Shown here: positions 11,691 to 23,818 of the stretch, one piece after another
Position numbering within the stretch: position 1 is the first letter of the stretch
Layout of the letters: each line of letters starts with the position of its first letter
Assembly (NCBI RefSeq): GCF_006345805.1
Contig: NC_043005.1
Location: 108,376,001 to 108,440,000 of the forward strand
Direction: 5' to 3'
Source: Octopus sinensis
Lineage: Eukaryota
Length of the DNA stretch: 64,000 bases
Made by a program: the position numbers and the translations under genes
Notes under the pieces: generated by a model
Database searches by the model: none
Seen by the model: the letters and a program-made list of their open reading frames with translations, nothing else
Told to the model about the DNA's origin: nothing

Positions 11691-12409
11691 ACATTATAAG
11701 TTAGTGTGCATGTACAACAGAACTCAAGGTCAATCTGTACCAAGCAGTTTCACTCTGTATACTTTAGCTCCATTACTATAGCAACAGTCCTGATACTTCT
11801 TCATCAGAACTTGCATATTGGAAATAAATGGGGTTGAAAATGCACAGATAGTATATATGAAGATTTATTTAAATTAAAATTAATAGACTTAATTAGTTTT
11901 AGATTTGTATGGGTTTTCAAAAGTGTAATTTTTGAGGAGCGTGGAGTTGTCACAAATGGTATATTTTGAAAATCATACAAATGTGAACCTGGTTAAGTGT
12001 GTTAATTTTAATTTAAATACATCTTCATATATACACACTTGGTTCAAATCCTAATAGTAGGATTTGAACCGAGAATGCAATGAACTGGAACAAATGTTAC
12101 AAGGTTTTCCATCTGAAACTGTAATGATTCCCTTAGTCTACTGGCCTAGATTGTACTTTATGTATTGACCCCAATAAGATGAAAGGCAGGTTTGATATCA
12201 GTGAGATTTGAACTCACAATGAGAGAAGTTAGAATAAATAATATGCAACATTTCCTCCAACACTCTAAGAACTCTACCATTATGTCAAAGCATCATTATG
12301 TAGATCTCTCTATGCCAGCACCATTTCACCTGGACTCTCCTATGTTCAGTTCTTCAGAAACCATGAACACCACCTCAACATAGTTCTTCTCTATGGAAAA
12401 ATAGGCACA

Positions 12410-12626
12410 GATGTAAATGGCACCCTTGCAGATGGCACATAAAAGCACCCATTACATTCCTGGAGTGGTTTGCATTAGGAAGAGCATCTAGTCGTAGCAG
12501 CCTTGCCAAATGAGCCTGGAACATGGTGCAGCCTTCTGGCTTCCCAGACCCCAGTTGAACCGTCCAACCCATGCTAGCATGGAAAGCAGACGCTAAACGA
12601 TGATGATGATGATGATGATGATGATG
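12410..12626 (+). mobile_element. Family D retroposon 3' end with (GAT)n tail (probable RTE-related 3'UTR or SINE)
   Basis: CCAGTTGAACCGTCCAACCCATGCTAGCATGGAAA...CGCTAAACGATGATGAT; at least 8 similar copies in the window. Confidence 0.8.
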
Positions 12627-13009
12627 CTTTCATATGCTAGAACACTACACAATTTTAGAAGTACAATATAATGTTTTAGAAAATCTACTTTACTACCTGA
12701 GTATTTTGTGAAATGTTTTGTTATTTTATAATACACAAGTGTGATTAATAAACAATGTAAGCAATAATTTTGTATATTTATCATTATATTTTTCTATATA
12801 TTTTTCTTTATTTTTTCAAATCTTTAACTTCAAAACATAGCATTTTAAAAACCTTCTGTGTGAAGTGTACCATTAATTTTTATCTCTCCATGTAAGGACT
12901 CTCGTAAATTTTTGTCTTTGATATGAAATGCACTAATAATATTTTTGTCTGATCTTCAAGGCATCATATAGTCGAAAAAAGACCGAGTTGTAGTGTTTGG
13001 CAGTTTTAA

Positions 13010-13213
13010 CCCTTTCATTTCGAAACCTTTGTCTGGATACACAACTTTTGCTTCAATTAATTTTAAAACTAATGAACAATTTAGTAAAAATAACTGTCAT
13101 TATTAATCTGGTATTTGTAATATAACCTGAAATTTTGATGGAAGGTTTACCTCAAAGTGTAAGTTTGTATCATGGAACCAATGGTGGTCTGAGCTGGGTT
13201 GGAATCAAAAGGG
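13010..13213. mobile_element. piggyBac-like MITE
   Basis: TTAA at 13006-13009 and 13214-13217 flanking CCCTTT...AAAGGG termini; no ORF. Confidence 0.7.
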
Positions 13214-13488
13214 TTAAAAACACTGCATCTGAATAAAAGACAGTAAAGACATGACTGAAATATCTTTATTCATTGGTCAACATGATCAGGGTTCTTTAAG
13301 GGGAAAACAAAAACAGTTGCCTCAATTCTATTAACATATATAGGTGCAGGTGTGACTTACCAACCACATGGTTCCAGGTTCAGTCCCACTGCGTGGCATC
13401 TTGGGCAATTGTCTTCTACTATAGCCTCAGGCAGACCAAAGCCTTCTCAGTGGATTTGGTAGACGGAAACTGAAAGAAGCCCGTTGTA

Positions 13489-13530
<42 letters not shown>

Positions 13531-13534
<4 letters not shown>

Positions 13535-13722
13535 CATGATAGATTGCTAGCCCCTACACACATATTTTTTCACTCCTTGTTTTTTTCTGTGTCCCTTTCT
13601 GTAGAAGAGCATAGGCTCGAAACGTAAAAGACTTTTTCAATTCCTGAGCATTATAATAATACATCCGTTTGTTTTGTACAGCACCTGTCTTCGTCCTTTG
13701 TTTTTTTCGTGAACTCTCCCCC
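13531..13722 (+). mobile_element. (TA)n-embedded hammerhead-bearing element, second subfamily
   Basis: Bounded by TA repeats; shares TTCCTGAGC..ATAATAC downstream of the ribozyme with the 10363/38345 family. Confidence 0.7.
13591..13632 (+). ncRNA. Hammerhead ribozyme-like motif with a variant core (CUGUAGA)
   Basis: CUUU-CUGUAGA-A-GAGC(AUAG)GCUC-GAAA-CG-UA-AAAG; stems intact, GUA cleavage triplet, but U at the conserved A6 position. Confidence 0.65.
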
Positions 13723-13725
13723 TAT

Positions 13726-13784
<59 letters not shown>

Positions 13785-14602
13785 GTATATGTATATGATT
13801 GTGTGTCTGTGTTTGTACCTGCAACATCGCTTGCATCCCGTCACATAGTGGTTCGGCAAGAGAGACCGATAGATTAATTACTAGGCTTATGAAGCATAAG
13901 TCCTGGGGTTGATTTGCTCGACTAATGGTGGTGCTCCAGCATGACCCACAGTGAAATGACTGAAACAAATAAAAGAATAAATGAATATACTGTACCTAGG
14001 TATTGTATAATATAGGATCGTTATTACTATGTGCTAAAATAAACTCACCACGGACACCAGAAAACTGGCCAGATTGGTACAGCACCAGCCAGACTATTTG
14101 TTACTAGTATTAAAATAAAGTACCAGTCATATATGAGTTTCTATGTACAAATGTATATAAAGTATCTTAGATGTGAGTGGAACTATAATAGAAGATGAAG
14201 ACAACTACTCCACCATTTCTCTTTGATTTCTGGAAGTTTTATTTCTTTAATTCACAGTTGTGTTTGTAAATTATTGATGGAACTGTCTTTGTCTTCCTCT
14301 CTTTCTTGCTTCTATAAATTCTTATTTCATCTTTCGCATCATTTTCCATCATTTCTCACATTTCTTACTTTTGTTTTGCGTTGCTTTTTTTCTTTTGTGG
14401 TTCCTTTGATTTCTGTATTAAAGCGAATTTTATTTAGACTTGTGCACATGTGTGTGTGTATATGTTTATGTATATGTGTGTGTGTGTGTATGTGTATCTT
14501 ACACATGCATGTATATGCATGTGCATACATATGTACGTGCATCTGTGTGCATACATACACACATACACGCATACAAGAGGAGGAAGACAGATTTTTACAT
14601 AT

Positions 14603-14687
<85 letters not shown>

Positions 14688-14818
14688 GTATTTAAATATA
14701 TGTATGTGTGTGTATATATATAAATAGATATATATACACACATACACATACATACATACATAAAGAGACAAAGTAGGAACGAAAACAGAAGCAGATAGAG
14801 ATATGTACATTGTTTTAT

Positions 14819-14854
<36 letters not shown>

Positions 14855-14886
14855 TATGTGATGTGTCTGTCTATAGGAGATGTGTG

Positions 14887-14927
<41 letters not shown>

Positions 14928-15171
14928 ATTTTAATTCTTTTGTTGTTTCAGATAGAAAATTGATCAGTGTTTGTTAATTAAGTGTAATCATTAACTGTTA
15001 GCTATTGATTGAGTTTACTGAGAGAGTCATTTTGATGAACTTGACGAAGAACAAAAATCCAAATAAATAATTAAATAAATAAATAAAAGTTTTGCTAAAT
15101 ATTAAAAACAATAAATAAAAAACAAAGAGGTGGGGCAGACTGGGAATTAGAATGAAAATGTAATGGCAGAA

Positions 15172-15207
<36 letters not shown>

Positions 15208-15549
15208 CACACACATACAAACACACACACTCACTATGCACATACAGATACCAAAAAAAGCGACAAAAAATACTGCAATATTAATTCTTTCGAAAATTTT
15301 TAGAGTCGTCAACAAAAGCTCGGCTTAATTAGTTTGTTAAATTAATTAAGCCCACATGTGAAACAATTGAGTCTGTAATTACACAGATGGTATGGAACAT
15401 ACTTACGTATATGCATACACACACATATGCATGTGTTCACACACATGCACACACATGTGTACATATAAATATGCATATATATACACACGCACCAATACTT
15501 GCATGCATATATATATATACATAGATACACACACACAGAAGCACATATT

Positions 15550-15589
<40 letters not shown>

Positions 15590-15959
15590 GTTCTGTTAGT
15601 AGATTTCTGTTTGATTTTTACTGCAATAACGAATAAAGATTTAATTAAATAAATATAAAAAAAACTATAAAAGGAAGATGAATGAAAGATAAGACAAAAG
15701 GAAAAAGTAAAAAGATACGTGTGATTAAAAAGATGCATGTTGTAAAAACTTATATATGTATACACATGCCTACATGTGTATGTGTATACTGTGTGCATGT
15801 GTATGCGTGTGTGTGTATGTGTGTGTGTGTCAGTGTGTGTGCGAATGTGTATTTATGTCATTACATATAAAACGTACACACACACCACACACATACACAC
15901 ACATACAAAATTAAGTAATATCATGAAGCAAAAATATGTTGAGTGAAAATGTTATATTA

Positions 15960-15974
15960 TCAGATAATAATAAC

Positions 15975-16061
<87 letters not shown>

Positions 16062-16086
16062 AATAATAATAAAAATAATAATAATA

Positions 16087-16137
<51 letters not shown>

Positions 16138-16200
16138 TAATAAAAATAGTAATGATAATGATAATGATAAAAATAATGATGATGATAATGATAATAACAA
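15960..16200. repeat. Compound (AAT)n/(GAT)n microsatellite
   Basis: Direct inspection; source of poly-N/D/I and poly-L/Y/H pseudo-ORFs. Confidence 0.95.
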
Positions 16201-16426
16201 GAACAACACCAATATAAAGTGACTTGTTATATCAAATAGAGAAGGAAAAACAACCAACAAAACCATGTGTATTATTTCTTAGAGAAAACCATTTCTGAGA
16301 TTTCATGTCTCATTTGATGTTATTTATTGTTAAAAGAATAAGATAAATACCAATGAAATACGTAAGTATGCATATATTATATATATGTGTGTATATATGT
16401 ATACGTAAATATATAGGTATAGCATG

Positions 16427-16457
<31 letters not shown>

Positions 16458-16533
16458 ATACACATATATATAATGTATCAAATAACAAAAAAGGAAAAGA
16501 TTCTAATATATAATAATACAAAAACACATGCAA

Positions 16534-16564
<31 letters not shown>

Positions 16565-16600
16565 CATATATACATACATACACATATACATTTACATATA

Positions 16601-16731
<131 letters not shown>

Positions 16732-17109
16732 CATACATATACATACACATATACATATATATACATATATATATGGCAGAAATATCCATGCCTTTAAGGC
16801 TTATGAAAAGTTATCATGTGCACATGTGTGTTCATGTAAATGCTTGGATTTGTATGTATCTACATACATGTGTGCATGTGAGTTCAGCAATACATGTGCA
16901 TTTATGAATGAGGTGGTAGGGAGGGGGTTAGGTAAATTAACTGACACATTGTAATTAAAAGATGTTCACCCTTGCTTTTTGAAGTTAGGAAACAATTAAA
17001 TAAAAAATATTCCTCCTGACAACACAACTCCACCCATTTCCCTGATATATATACAGATATATATACAGATATATATACAGATATATATATATATAATATA
17101 TATATATAT

Positions 17110-17140
<31 letters not shown>

Positions 17141-17510
17141 TACATACATACATACACATTTATATAGACATATACATGCATATATGTATATTAATGTACA
17201 TTTGTATGTAATTATGTATGTATTATATTTGCGTGGGTGTATATATGCAGAGACAATAAAGGATGGAAGTTTATGAGTGTATATATGTGAAGTGAAGAAA
17301 GTGAAAAGTACGTAAAATATTTATTCAACAGAAATATATGTTTATAGATTATGAATACACATACACACATACATACACACAAACACACACACATATATGT
17401 ATATAGTATGTATATATGTGTGTGTGTGTTTGTGTGTGTGTGCATCTGTGTGTGTATATATATATATATAGAATATGAATTATATTATTATTATATATAT
17501 ATAATATTAT

Positions 17511-17543
<33 letters not shown>

Positions 17544-17558
17544 ATATATGTATGTATG

Positions 17559-17589
<31 letters not shown>

Positions 17590-17673
17590 ATATTTAAATA
17601 TATATACAGACAGAAGGAAAGAGAGTGAGAGATATATTCATATATATATATATAATATATATATATATATATA

Positions 17674-17938
17674 GTTATCCGTAATAATGAAGGGTGAAAT
17701 TAATTAATTTGGAATAATTATCAATTACACCAAGTAGTCTTCGGCATGTAAAAGCCTCATTCGAGGAAAATTTAAGTAATACTAAGCAATAAAGGGTTTA
17801 GCAACGAATTGCCTTACCACATACCGAATTTAGAAATAGCAGTCAAAGAGTTATAGCTAGCTATAACTCTTTGACTGCTATTTCTAAATTCGGTATGTGG
17901 TAAGGCAATTCGTTGCTAAACCCTTTATTGCTTAGTAT
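17674..17938. mobile_element. (TA)n-embedded element ending in a perfect 160-bp palindrome
   Basis: 17779-17858 is the exact reverse complement of 17859-17938 with no loop; TA repeats on both flanks. Confidence 0.85.
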
Positions 17939-18457
17939 ATATATATATATATGTATGTATATATATATATATATATATATCTGCATACATACATACTTAT
18001 ACACATTTATAATAATTCTCATGAAGAAATTTCTTATATTTTGCCATTCCATAGTGTGGCATATGTTCTTTTTTTTTTATTTCATACCAAAATAATTAGT
18101 AATTATCTATCCTTTTAATAAAGGATTTTGCCAATTTTATCTGAAGTGTCAGATAGTACTTGCTACTTACACAGGAATCAGTGACTTTTATTAATTGAAA
18201 TTTTATAGCTGTAATCAATTTACAAATACATACATACATACATACATTCATACGTATTTATATTTATACACAGCTTCATTATTGAAGAATCAGTTTTATG
18301 TTTTAATTGTCAACTGAGATGCAAAGTGGAAGCACCCATTGACCTATCATGCAGAGAGTAAAGAATTAGAAGGTGAGTCTACATTATTTTTGATTGGTTT
18401 TGTGGGTGACTGTTATTGCATTTCAGTTCCTCCCTTATCAGCAGAACCTATACTTTT

Positions 18458-18666
18458 TTTACTTACTTGTTTCAGTCATTTGACTGCGGCCATGTTGGAG
18501 CACCACCTTTAGTCAAAGAAATCAACCCCAGGACTTATTCTTTGTAAGCCTAGTACTTATTCTATCGGTATCTTTTGCTGAACCACTAGATTACGGGGAT
18601 GTAAACACACCAGCATTGGTTGTCAAGCAATGCTGGAGGGACAAACATATACACACACACACATAT

Positions 18667-18701
<35 letters not shown>

Positions 18702-18726
18702 GCATGTATATTTATGCATATATATA

Positions 18727-18770
<44 letters not shown>

Positions 18771-19500
18771 AAATATTAGGAAATAAATCCAAACTTACAG
18801 GGAAAAATCAGATTTAGGATTAAATCCAAGTTTATAGTAAAATATTATATTATATTAAATTAGAGATAAAACCACTATTAGGCAAATCAAACAATGAAGA
18901 ACTTAAGCCAATACATAAAATTAATTAATTTATATTATTTTAAATATGTATCAAAAGTATTAAAAGTGTAATAAAAGATAATGAGTAAAACACTACGATC
19001 GTTTCATGGCTGTCCAATTCGTAATAATTCGAGTTATGGTTACAGTCAATCTGCAGGCAATTGAAATATTTATCTTAGCGAGGTTTAGCAATTACCTGAA
19101 GATTGACTGTAACCATAACTCGAATTATTACGAGAGGGACGCCATGAAACGATCGTAGTGTTTTACTCATTATCTTTATTAAACTTTAATACTTTTGATA
19201 TATATTTAAAATAATATAAATTAATTAATTTTATGTATTGGCTTAAGTTTTCATTGTTTGATTTGCCTAATAGTGGTTTATACTCAAATTTAATATAATA
19301 TAATATATATATATATATATATATACATATATAGAACAGGTTTCTTTCAGTTTCTGTCTACCAAATCCACTCACAAGGCTTTGTTCAGCCCGAGGCTATA
19401 GTAGAAGACACTTGCCCAAGGTGCTGCGCAGTGAGACTGAACCCAGAACCATGTGGTTGGTAAGCAAGCTACTTACCACACAGCCACCTCCTGCACCTAT
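18458..19500 (-). mobile_element. SINE family A split by a fold-back insertion
   Basis: 3' half at 18458-18660 and head at 19330-19500, with insertion 18770-19302 in the internal (TA)n. Confidence 0.85.
18770..19302. mobile_element. (TA)n-embedded fold-back element with arms of about 215 bp
   Basis: 18846-19063 and 19089-19302 are imperfect reverse complements around a 25-bp spacer; 18770-18850 matches the reverse complement of 37015-37097. Confidence 0.85.
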
Positions 19501-19544
19501 AGTCAAAGATTTTAAGCCAAATCAATGTTGCCTTTGTCTCAATA

Positions 19545-19740
19545 TCATCATCATCATCATTTAACGTCCGCTTTCCTTGCTGGCATGGGTTGGATAGTTT
19601 GCCAGGAGCTGGTGAGCTAGAAGAATGCATCAAGCTCCATATTCTGCTTTAGCATGCTTGTTATCACTGGATGCCCTTCCTGAAGCAACCGAATACAACA
19701 CAAAATATGTTGGGTGCTTTTATGTGGAATTAGCATCAGT
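19545..19740 (-). mobile_element. Family D retroposon 3' end (degenerate)
   Basis: (CAT)n followed by TTAACGTCCGCTTTCCTTGCTGGCATGGGTTGGA. Confidence 0.7.
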
Positions 19741-19874
19741 GAGATCGCCGAGTAACTTGCGAGTCAAGACTCTTCCACTTAGTGGGATGGAGTATTGAGG
19801 GATGTAAGCCTTGCAAGGTAATGCAAGGTTAATGACTAATAAAAGGACAGAAACAGGTTATCAACATTCTCCCC

Positions 19875-21432
19875 ATCTCTCTCTTTCTCTCTCTCTTTCT
19901 CTCTCTCTTTATTCCTTTTCCACACCTCTTCTCTCTCTTTATTCATTTTCACACTTCTTCTTTCTCTTTCTCTCTCTTTATTCATCTTCCACACCTCTTC
20001 TCTCTCTCTCTCTCTCTTTATTCATCTTCCACACCTCTTCTCTCTCTCTCTCTCTTTATTCATCTTCCACACCTCTTCTCTCTCTTTCTCTCTCTTTATT
20101 CATCTTCCACACCTCTTCTCTCTCTTTATTCATCTTCCACACCTCTTCTCTCTCTTTCTCTCTCTTTATTCATCTTCCACACCTCTTCTCTCTCTTTATT
20201 CATTTTCCACACCTCTTCTCTCTCTTTCTCTCTCTTTATTCATCTTCCACACCTCTTCTCTCTCTTTCTCTCTCTTTATTCATCTTCCACACTTCTTCTC
20301 TCTTTTATTCATCTCCACACCTTTCTTCTCCTTTTATTCATCTCACACCTTCTCTCTCTTTATTCATCTTCCACACCCCTTCTCTCTCTTTCTCTCTCTT
20401 TATTCATCTTCCACACCTCTTCTCTCTCTTTATTCATTTTCCACACCTCTTCTCTCTCTTTCTCTCTCTTTATTCATCTTCCACACCTCTTCTCTCTCTT
20501 TATTCATCTTCCACACCTCTTCTCTCTCTTTCTCTCTCTTTATTCATCTTCCACACCTCTTCTCTCTCTTTATTCATCTTCCACACCTCTTCTCTCTCTT
20601 TATTCATCTTCCACACTCCTTCTCTCTTTCTCTCTCTTTATTCATCTTCCACACCTCTTCTCTCTCTTTATTCATTTTCCACACCTCTTCTCTCTCTTTC
20701 TCTCTCTTTATTCATCTTCCACACCTCTTCTCTCTCTTTATTCATCTTCCACACCTCTTCTCTCTCTTTCTCTCTCTTTATTCATCTTCCACACTCTTCT
20801 CTCTTCTATTCATTTTCCACACCTCTTTCTCTCTTTCTCTCTCTTATTCATCTTCCACCCTCTTCTCTTTTATTCATCTTCCACCCCTTCTCTTCTTTAT
20901 TCATCTTCCACACCTCTTCTCTCTCTTTATTCATCTTCCACACCTCTTCTCTCTCTTTATTCATTTTCCACACTTCTTCTTTCTCTTTTTCTTTATTCAT
21001 CTTCCACACCTCTTCTCTCTTTATTCATTTTCCACACTTCTTCTTTCTCTTTTTCTTTATTCATCTTCCACACCTCTTCTCTCTCTCTCTCTCTCTTTAT
21101 TCATCTTCCACACCTTTTCTCTCTCTCTCTTTCTCTTTATTCATCTTCCACACCTTTTTCTCTCTCTCTCTTTATTCATCTTCCACACCTCTTCTCTCTT
21201 TATTCATTTTCCATACTTCTTCTTTCTCTTTTTCTTTATTCATCTTCCACACCTCTTCTCTCTCTCTCTCTTTTTATTCATCTTCCACACCTCTTCTCTC
21301 TCTCTCTTTCTCTTTATTCATCTTCCACACCTTTTCTCTCTCCTTCTCTCTCTTTATTCATCTTCCACACCTCTTCTCTCTCTTTCTCTCTCTTTATTCA
21401 TCTTCCACACCTCTTCTCTCACTTTCTCCACC
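19875..21432. repeat. Pyrimidine-rich minisatellite, core TTTATTCATCTTCCACACCTCTT plus variable (CT)n
   Basis: About 1.55 kb of units roughly 27-40 bp long; almost no G on the + strand; underlies the 559-aa S/L/F ORF. Confidence 0.95.
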
Positions 21433-21730
21433 CAGAATGCATCTGGTCATATTCACTAATTCCATACAGTTTTCATTTCTAAGAGAGTAGAGGGATCTTT
21501 GTCTGGCAATTTTGTTTGCTATTATGTTTGATCCAATGAAGATATAAAACTCTCATTAGTTTGTCAACCATTGGGTTGTTTCTGCAGGTAAGAGAACAAA
21601 AAGAACAATTATTTAATGACAATGCTTGCAGCAGAGTGGACTACACTAAATGAATCCATACGTCAAATTCTATAATATTAGTAGCTGTGCTGTCAAAAAT
21701 GATGGCTAATTGTACACTTTATATATAAAT

Positions 21731-22090
21731 CATCATCATCATCATCATTTAACGTCCGTTTTCAGTGCTAGCATGGGTTGGACGGTTCAACTGGGGTCTG
21801 GGAAACCAGATGGCTGCCCCACGCCAACCACTCTGAGAGTGTAATGGGTGCTTTTTACGTGCCACCGGCATAGGGGCCAGAGGAGGCTGACAAATGGCCA
21901 TGATCAGTTGGTGCTTTTTACGTATCACCAGCACAGACGCCAGTCAAGGTGGTGCTGGCATCCGCCACATCTGGATGGTGCTTTCTACGTGCCACCGGCA
22001 CTGATATCACAACAAAATTTCCATCTGATTTTCATTTTGATGTTGATGTACTTGACTCAATAGGTCTCCTCAAGCACAGCAGGTCACACT
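21731..22090 (-). mobile_element. Family D retroposon 3' end
   Basis: (CAT)n tail plus repeated GGTGCTTTTTACGTGCCACCGGCA motifs. Confidence 0.8.
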
Positions 22091-22599
22091 ACGATCCAAG
22101 GTTAGCACTGCAGGCTCTCCTACAAGCCATGAAATGGATCGGAAATCAAATTAATACACTTGTCAATGTTATCTAGTGGTTGTCTTTTGAGATGTGACAT
22201 CGATCATCATTTGTTACCGAAAGAATGCTGGTTCACACATACAAACATTCACATACTTTCCTTGTATATGCACACACATAAGCACATATACTCACACAGA
22301 GTTGAAACGCAGTTTGATTTCTCTTTTCAGCGTTGAATGTTCACCATCCTACTTCCATTGCACACACACGCGCACACACATACACACATTCACATACCTC
22401 CCACTACTAGTTTGCCATCACCCCTTCCTTTCTCATTCATATGTTGTGATGGAGAAAAACACAAAAGTATTATTATAGTAGATGTTCTGGATTTCTTTTC
22501 CAGCTTCTCAATTACTCAGTTTCGATTAGTTAAAAATGTATCATTTAGTTACAGTACCATGTAACTAATAGTTCGACCAAGTAGATCAGATCAGACCAA

Positions 22600-22815
22600 G
22601 TAGCACATTGGGGTCTTGAGCAAGGTCCTTCATTTCATGTTGCTCCAGTCTCCCTTTCAATCAAGGGAGAATGTTGGCCTGCTTGCTTAGCCAGCAGAGT
22701 GGCATTGCTTGAAGGCTAAAATGATGCAAAGTGCATTGTGACCAGCGATGTGTAATAACATCTGATTGTCTAGTCAGTCACGTGATCATGTAATCATGTG
22801 ATTATGTGACCATGT
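22600..22815 (+). mobile_element. SINE family E (5'-truncated)
   Basis: GTCTTGAGCAAGG..CTTCATTTCATGTTGCTCCAG core and a CATGTGAT tail. Confidence 0.7.
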
Positions 22816-23110
22816 AGTTACAGCAGAACCCGTTAATGGTGGTGGTGGTTATGGGAGTGATGTGATGGTGATGATGGTGATGTTGATACTTGATAAGAAT
22901 GATAATGATTCTAACACCAATCATGATGATGATAAAGATGATGATGATGATGATAGCTATTGTGATCCTCTCTGACCAAAATATCACCCAAAGGGCAGTG
23001 AAGAAATTGTCTAAGTATAGCAATCTTAAAATTGAAATAAAAGGATGTTGGGTTTGAAAGTATAATCTGTACTTAAAAGAAGTGGAGCACTAAAAATAAA
23101 GAAGATGAAC

Positions 23111-23400
23111 AAAAATATTTTTACAGCGTGGAAGGTGTTTATAAGCTATTTAAGAAACACACAAAAACCATTAGATTCACTTCAACATCTAAATTTAATT
23201 TGTCAAAATATTTTTGTCGCTTTGAGACCGCGACCTGTTCACTGACAAAACTTCATGCTGCATCATGTTTCTCAAATGGCATATAAAACCTTCCACGCTG
23301 CAATTCTTTTCGTTCCAGCACACGATCTCAGGTCAAGTCACTCGCTATACAAGTATATCTCCGTAAAAATATTTTTTAAAAACCATAAAAGAATTCCCAA
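23111..23400. repeat. Element with nested inverted repeats
   Basis: CAGCGTGGAAGGTGTTTATA (23124-23143) vs TATAAAACCTTCCACGCTG (23282-23300); AAAAATATTTTTAC (23111-23124) vs GTAAAAATATTTTT (23363-23376). Confidence 0.6.
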
Positions 23401-23549
23401 CCTTACACAAGTTGAAATGGCCGACATTCGACTATTAATTTAATGCTATAAATCACCTTGTACAGCTTGTGCAGTAGGAACTCAATAAAATAGCACAAGT
23501 CACACATTGCATATTTAATGGACTCAGCACTAAGTAACATAGCATGACA

Positions 23550-23818
23550 CATCACGTGACATGCGATCACATGACCGTTACATGCTGTTACATATTGCTG
23601 GTCACAATGCGTTTTTGCATTGTTTTAGCCTTCAAATAACACCATCCCCCGCTGGCTGTGTGAGCAGGCCAACATTCCTCCCTGATTGAAAGAGGGATTG
23701 GAGCAATGTGAAATGAAGTGTTTTGCTCAAGAACACAATGTGCTGCTCAGTCAGGGAACCGAACCCATGATCTAATGATTGTGAATGCAGCAGCCTAACC
23801 ATTAGGCCACACGCCATC
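23550..23818 (-). mobile_element. SINE family E
   Basis: Reverse-complement match to 22600-22815 and same-strand match to 5045-5320. Confidence 0.75.

Larger units (their letters stand above)
13343..13982 (+). mobile_element. SINE family A with a hammerhead element nested in its internal (TA)n
   Basis: Head 13343-13490, nested insert 13531-13722, 3' half 13790-13982. Confidence 0.85.

Noticed and set aside
15952-16266. His/Tyr/Leu-rich and Asn/Asp-rich ORFs
   Set aside because: Derived from the (AAT)n/(GAT)n microsatellite
17731-17766. Minus-strand CUCGAAUGA-GGC(loop)GCC-GAAG as a hammerhead
   Set aside because: Core altered at several invariant positions and no stem I pairing; at best a distant remnant
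18317-18378. Plus-strand mini-exon (DAKWKHPLTYHAESKELE) ending at AG|GTGAGT
   Set aside because: Strong donor but weak acceptor directly after an in-frame stop; no recognisable protein or partner exons
19811-21490. 559-aa ORF, the longest in the window
   Set aside because: Read-through of a nearly G-free minisatellite giving S/L/F/H repeats; no domain and no splice context
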